A DNA stretch of 64,000 bases, taken from positions 296,236,001 through 296,300,000 of the forward strand of contig NC_067402.1 of NCBI RefSeq assembly GCF_016432865.1, read 5' to 3'. Positions 58,917 through 64,000 of this stretch are shown in pieces. This stretch comes from Antechinus flavipes (lineage: Eukaryota). The notes beneath the pieces were generated by a model. It had not been told where the DNA came from, searched no databases, and saw only the letters and a list, made by a program, of their open reading frames with translations. Position numbers and translations under genes: made by a program. Position 1 is the stretch's first letter. The number at the start of each line of letters is the position of its first letter.

Positions 58917-60820
58917 TTATTTTTCATCAGTATGAATTTTCTGGTGTTCTGTGAGGATTCCCTTCTGATTGTAGGATTTCCCACATTCAGTGCTTTCAGA
59001 GGGTTTCTCTCTGGCATGAGTTCTCTGATGTATGGCAAGATTTACACGGTGCCTAAATGTCACCCCACATTGAGGGCAATGAAAGAGTCTCTTTCCAGTG
59101 TGAATTATCTGGTGTGACTTGAGAGATGAACCTGTAGCAAAAGCTTTCCCACAATCGTCACATCCATATGGCTTCTCTCCAGTGTGACTTCTCTTATGAT
59201 CAATAAGGGCTGCCCCTCGGTCAAAGCCTTTTCCACACTCATTACATTCAAAGGGCTTCTCACCAGTATGAATTCTCTGGTGTACGGTAAGGTTTCCTTT
59301 TTGGCTAAAGGCTTTTCCACATATATGACACCCAAAGGGTTTCTCTCCAGTATGAATTAATTGATGGGATCTAAGGGTTGAGGTACTCTTGAAGGTTTTC
59401 CCACATTCATTACATTCATAAGGTTTCTCCCCAGTATGAATCTTCTTATGCTCAGTGAGAACTGTCCTCCAGTTAAAGCTTTTCCCACATTCATTACAAG
59501 TGAAAGGTTTCTCTCCAGTATGAATTCTCATGTGTTCAATAAGGGTAACTCTCTGGCTAAAGGCTTTCCCACATTCATTACAATCAAAGGCTTTTTCTCC
59601 AGTATGGGTTCTCTGATGTTTAATGAGGTTGCCTCGCTGATTGAAAGCTATCCCACATTCACTGCATTCAAATGGTTTCTTTCCAGTATGAATTAGTTGA
59701 TGCCTTTTGAGGGACATGCATTTGCTGAAGACTTTCCCACAATCATTACATTTGTAAAGTTTCTCTCCAGTATGAATTCTTTTGTGCTCAATAAGTCTTT
59801 CCCTCTGGCTGAAGGTTTTCTTACATTCACCACATTCGAAAAATTTCTCTTTGGAATGAATCCTCTGATGCATGGTAAAGTTCCCTCTTTGGTTAAAGAA
59901 CATCCCACATTCGCTGCACTCAAAGCTTTTCTTTGAAGTATGACTTTTCTGATGTGTCCTGAGGGCTGAACGATTGCTAAAGGTTTTCACACAATCATTA
60001 CATCCGTATGGCTTTTCTCCTGTATGAATTCTCTTATGTCCCATAAGGTTTGTCTTCCGATTGAAGCTTTTCCCACATTCATTACATGTAAAAGGCTTCT
60101 CACCAGTATGAATTCTCTTATGTTCAATAAGGCTTCCCCTCTGAATGAAAGCTTTCCCACATTCATCACATTCAAAGGGCTTCTCTCCAGTATGAATTCG
60201 TTGATGTTTAGTGAGGTTTCCCTTCTGAGTAAATGCTCTCCCACAATCATTGCATTCAAAGGGTTTATTTCCAGTATGAATTAACTGATGTTTCCTTAAG
60301 GATGAGCTATTCCCAAGGACTTTCCCACAGTCACTACATTCAAATAACTTTGTATTTTTGTGCTTTCTTTGACAGTGAATGGGATCTGGATGACAACTAG
60401 AGGAATCGCTGTACCTATCACACTTAAAAACCTTCTTCCCTGAGGAGTTTCTATTCAACTGAATTAGGTCAGAAAATGGTTTGAAATTCTTCCTATATGT
60501 AGCATATTTCTGAAAACTTCTTCCTGTACGAATCATTGGCAATGAATTAAAGGATGATTCCACACTGGAGCTTTGCTCCAGTGGATTGTATTCATTGAAA
60601 AAACGATCAGTTTTTTCACCTGTTATGGTTAGCTGCCTGGATTGTCTTTTCTTGCTCTCAATCTGTCTCTCTAATCTAACAGGATATTTCCAGACTTCTC
60701 CAAATCTGGAGTCCCAGATTTCATGCTTTGCAAGATTTTGCATGGATAATTCTCTTACAGAAATGCTCTCTTCTGGAGTCAGCTCTTTAGTTGGATACTT
60801 CTCCTTCTGTTTACAGAAAT
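58917..60820 (-). CDS. Final exon of a C2H2 (probably KRAB) zinc-finger gene: 16 intact and 2 degenerate fingers; 5' exons not found in the window
   Basis: Acceptor ttttttctcctttcag| at 60821, phase 1, open frame through TAA at 58919-58917; TGEKP linkers. KRAB is inferred from the exon architecture only. Confidence 0.92.
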
Positions 60821-60928
60821 CTGAAAGGAGAAAAAAGCAAAGTCAACATTGACTGGTCCCAATTACTTACTAAATATGAATGCTTCACATATTAGAGTCC
60901 ATCTCCTTCATTAAGAGGGATAATTATC

Positions 60929-61058
60929 AGGGGCAGCTAGGTGCTCCAGTGGATAGAGCATAAACCCTAGAGTCAGGAGAGTTAAAATCTGACTTCAGAC
61001 ACTTACTAGCTATTTGACCCTAGGCAGGTCCCTTAACTCTGATTGGCTCAAAATAAAA
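60929..61058 (+). mobile_element. Older tRNA/CORE SINE
   Basis: ggggcagctaggtgctccagtggatagagc...cagacacttactagc. Confidence 0.7.
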
Positions 61059-61529
61059 GATGATTATCATTCATCCATGATAAAATATTGCTATATTGCC
61101 AAAAGAGAACCGAAAGATGATATAAGGCACAGACTCTAATAAAGCCTGGAGGAGCAATATCCCAAAATACTATCTCACAGAAGCAATAAGATTCATCTCT
61201 TTCTTCCAGTTGAGATGGTAATATAAAAGGCAGGTTTACTCTAACCTGCAAACACCAAATTATATGCCAACAAAAATAAATAAAATGAATGTATACATTT
61301 TAAAAAGATATAGCCCACAGATTTACAGAGTATGAAATACAGAATTAAAAAATCCAAAATTGCCCCAAATCCAGAGCTTCCAGGTCAAAAAAAAATTAAT
61401 TACAAGCAACCAAAAAGAAAACATTCAATAACTAAGGAACCACAATCAGACTCACAAAAGATTATGCTATAAGTAGCACAAAAAAGAGAAAATCTTAGAA
61501 TATGACACTCCAAAAAACAAAAGAGAAAG

Positions 61530-61905
61530 GTTTTTTTTTGGTTTTTTGTTTGTTTGTTTTTTAATAATAACGTTATATTGACAGAACCCATGCCAGGGTA
61601 ATTTTTTAAACAACATTATCCCTTGTACTCGCTTCTGTTCCGATTTTTCCCCTCCCTCCCTCCACCCCCTCCCCTAGATGGCAAGCAGTCCTATATATGT
61701 TAGATATGTTGCAGTATATCCTAGATACAATATATGTTTGCAGAACCAAACAGTTCTCTTGTTGCACAGGGAGAATTGGATTCAGAAGATAAAAATAACG
61801 TGGGAAGAAAAACAAAAATGCAAATAGTTCACATTCGTTTCCCAGTGTTCTTTCTTTGGGTGTAGCTGCTTCTGTCCATCATTTATCAATTGAAACTCAG
61901 GTCTC
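61530..61905 (-). mobile_element. Young 5'-truncated L1 3' end
   Basis: TSD CAAAAGAGAAAG at 61518-61529 and 61906-61917; near-identical to the 39633-39850 copy. Confidence 0.9.
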
Positions 61906-61949
61906 CAAAAGAGAAAGTCTTAATAATTTAACCCGCATTAAAATGAACA

Positions 61950-63050
61950 CAATCATGTGGTAAGAAAAAGTGATATTCAAGCATTTCAAATGAAAAGAAC
62001 CAAGCCAACTAAAAAATTGAAACTGCAAATATCTTTTACAGGTGATGAGAGCAAATAAAAATTAAAACCATCAAAATTCTTTTGAAGGAAAGATTCAAAT
62101 CTAGATAACAAATAATTTAATTCTAAAGAATTGGTGGGTCAGAGAACACATCGTTGAAATAATAGATAATGTCATCAAAGAAAATGACAACAATGAGACA
62201 ACATCTCAAACCTTTTGGGAATATATGGCCAAAGCAGTACTTGGGAAATTATTTCTCTGGATCTTTTGGGTGGAAAAAAAAAAAAAAAAGGACAGATAGA
62301 TGACTAGGGCCACTAAAAACAAACAAACAAACAAACAAATAAATAAATGCAACAAGTCCCCTACCATCAAACCACCAACTAAACATAAAAATACAAATCA
62401 AAGAAATAAGTAAAACTGAAAGGAAAAAATCTACTGACGTTATAAGCAAAATTAGTAGCTGGATTGTTTTTAAAAATTCAAAAAAAGCCATTTTATTTAT
62501 TTATTTATTTTTTTGGCTGAGGCAATTGGGGTTAAGTGACTTGCCCAGTGTCACACAGCTAGGAAGTGTTAAGTGTCTGAGACCACATGTGAACTCAGTT
62601 CCTCCTGACTTCAGGGCTGGTGCTCTATCCACTGAGCCACCTAGCTGCCCCAATTTTCTAATGCGATATTTTTTTAAAGAGTAAAAGTAAAAAAATCAAA
62701 AAGAATACACAAAGAAGAAACTAGATTAGCCCAATTATATGCCAACATAAATAAAATGAATGTATACATTTTTACATTATATGGCCCACAGATTTACAGA
62801 ATATGAAATAGAGAATTAAAAAACCCAATCTCTGAGTAGGAATTTGAATAAGCCATAAAAATTCTCCAAGATGTACTATCAAGTGACTAAAATAAAAAAT
62901 AAGTGAATTCTATCAAAAATTCAAAGAACAATTCATTCTAATATTACATAAATTGTCTGCAAAAATAAAGAAATAAGAGCTGACCAAACACGTATGAAAC
63001 TAACATCAGTCTGATATCTAAACTATGAATTGTGAAAGAGGCAAAGGAAC
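61950..63050 (+). mobile_element. Old L1 ORF2 fragments (endonuclease to Z region)
   Basis: aataatttaattctaaagaattggtgggtc...gaaaatgacaacaatgagacaac...gccaaagcagtactt. Confidence 0.7.
62491..62651 (-). mobile_element. WSINE1-type SINE
   Basis: ggctgaggcaattggggttaagtgacttgcccag...gagccacctagctgcccc. Confidence 0.88.
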
Positions 63051-64000
63051 CACAACCCAATCACAACACCCTCCAGGATGCTCAAGCAGATTAAATTCTA
63101 ATTGGGAAATAATAAACAAATAAATATACAGTATGACAAAGATAATGTTAATATGCAGTTTTCTAATTTGGGCACATAATTGGGCTAATCTGGTTTCAGA
63201 TTTCCTTTATTTCTTCTTTGATTGTGTATTCTTTTTGATTTTTGATCGGAAGTTTATTTTTCCTCTTTAAAAAAAATCACATTAGAAAATGGCTTATTTT
63301 ATGAGTTTTTTTAAATCCTGTTACTAATTTTGTTTATAACTTTAATGGATTTTTTTTCTTTTCAATTTTACTTATTTCTTTGATTTTCAGAGTTTGTATT
63401 TTTGTTTTTAGCTGGTGGTTTGATGGGTGGGGAGGGGGATCATAGCCTTTATTTATTTATTTATTTTTCCACACATCATCTGTCCTTTTTTTGTTTCTCC
63501 CAAAGTGACCAGAGAAATAATTTCCTGAGTACTACTTTGGCCATATTTTCCCAAAAGTTTTGGTGTGTCGTCTCATTGTTGTCATTCTTTGATACATTAT
63601 TTAGTCTAATTTCACTATTGCAACCTACAGGAAACCTTATTTAATTTAGTGGCCCCTGTTTCTATGTGAATTTAATTTTTAAAATCTTCAACTGAAAAAT
63701 TAAACAATTAATAAATAAATTAGTTGTAACAGTAACTAACTCTACATCTGTCAGGATATTAGATCTCTCACAGTATTAATCAGCCATTCCCCATCCTATA
63801 TGAATGAAACAGAGCACGAAGAGATGGAAAAAAAGAAACTCCTTTCAAAACAATTACAGAATATATAAAATATCTGGATTTCTCCATCTCAAAACACAGG
63901 CAACCCCCAAATGAATATAACTATATAATATTTCTTGATAGATAACCTTCCCTGGAACCACAACCGTGGGATGCTTCCCAGCCATTTCTAAACCACGTCA

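Noticed and set aside
60821-64000. Search for KRAB-A/B exons upstream of the zinc-finger exon
   Set aside because: None found; the region is L1/SINE-derived, so any KRAB exons must lie beyond the window

Overview
Marsupial genomic DNA, most likely dasyurid (inferred from WSINE1-type SINEs, Mar1/RTE elements and dasyurid-type L1 3' ends), with three N-gaps. The left half (about 5-31 kb) is very GC-rich. It carries three complete, splice-phase-consistent genes: acrosin ACR (+, 5 exons, 439 aa), RABL2 (-, 8 coding exons, 244 aa) and NME6 (+, 5 exons, 188 aa). RABL2 and NME6 sit head-to-head with only 447 bp between their start codons. The right half (after about 32 kb) is AT-rich and TE-dense. 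It holds a V1R vomeronasal receptor with an in-frame stop, a solo LTR, a hAT MITE, several TSD-flanked L1 fragments and the final exon of a KRAB-type zinc-finger gene (-, 16 intact fingers in a 7-finger higher-order repeat). The most interesting unexplained structure is a 4.3 kb triplication at 50.4-54.7 kb. Each unit holds an open, phase-1/phase-1, Pro/Gln-rich exon, and a unique phase-compatible exon follows at 56.1 kb. Together these suggest an unrecognised plus-strand gene that is growing by intron-exon module duplication. All TE family names and cross-species comparisons come from recalled knowledge, not from a database search.
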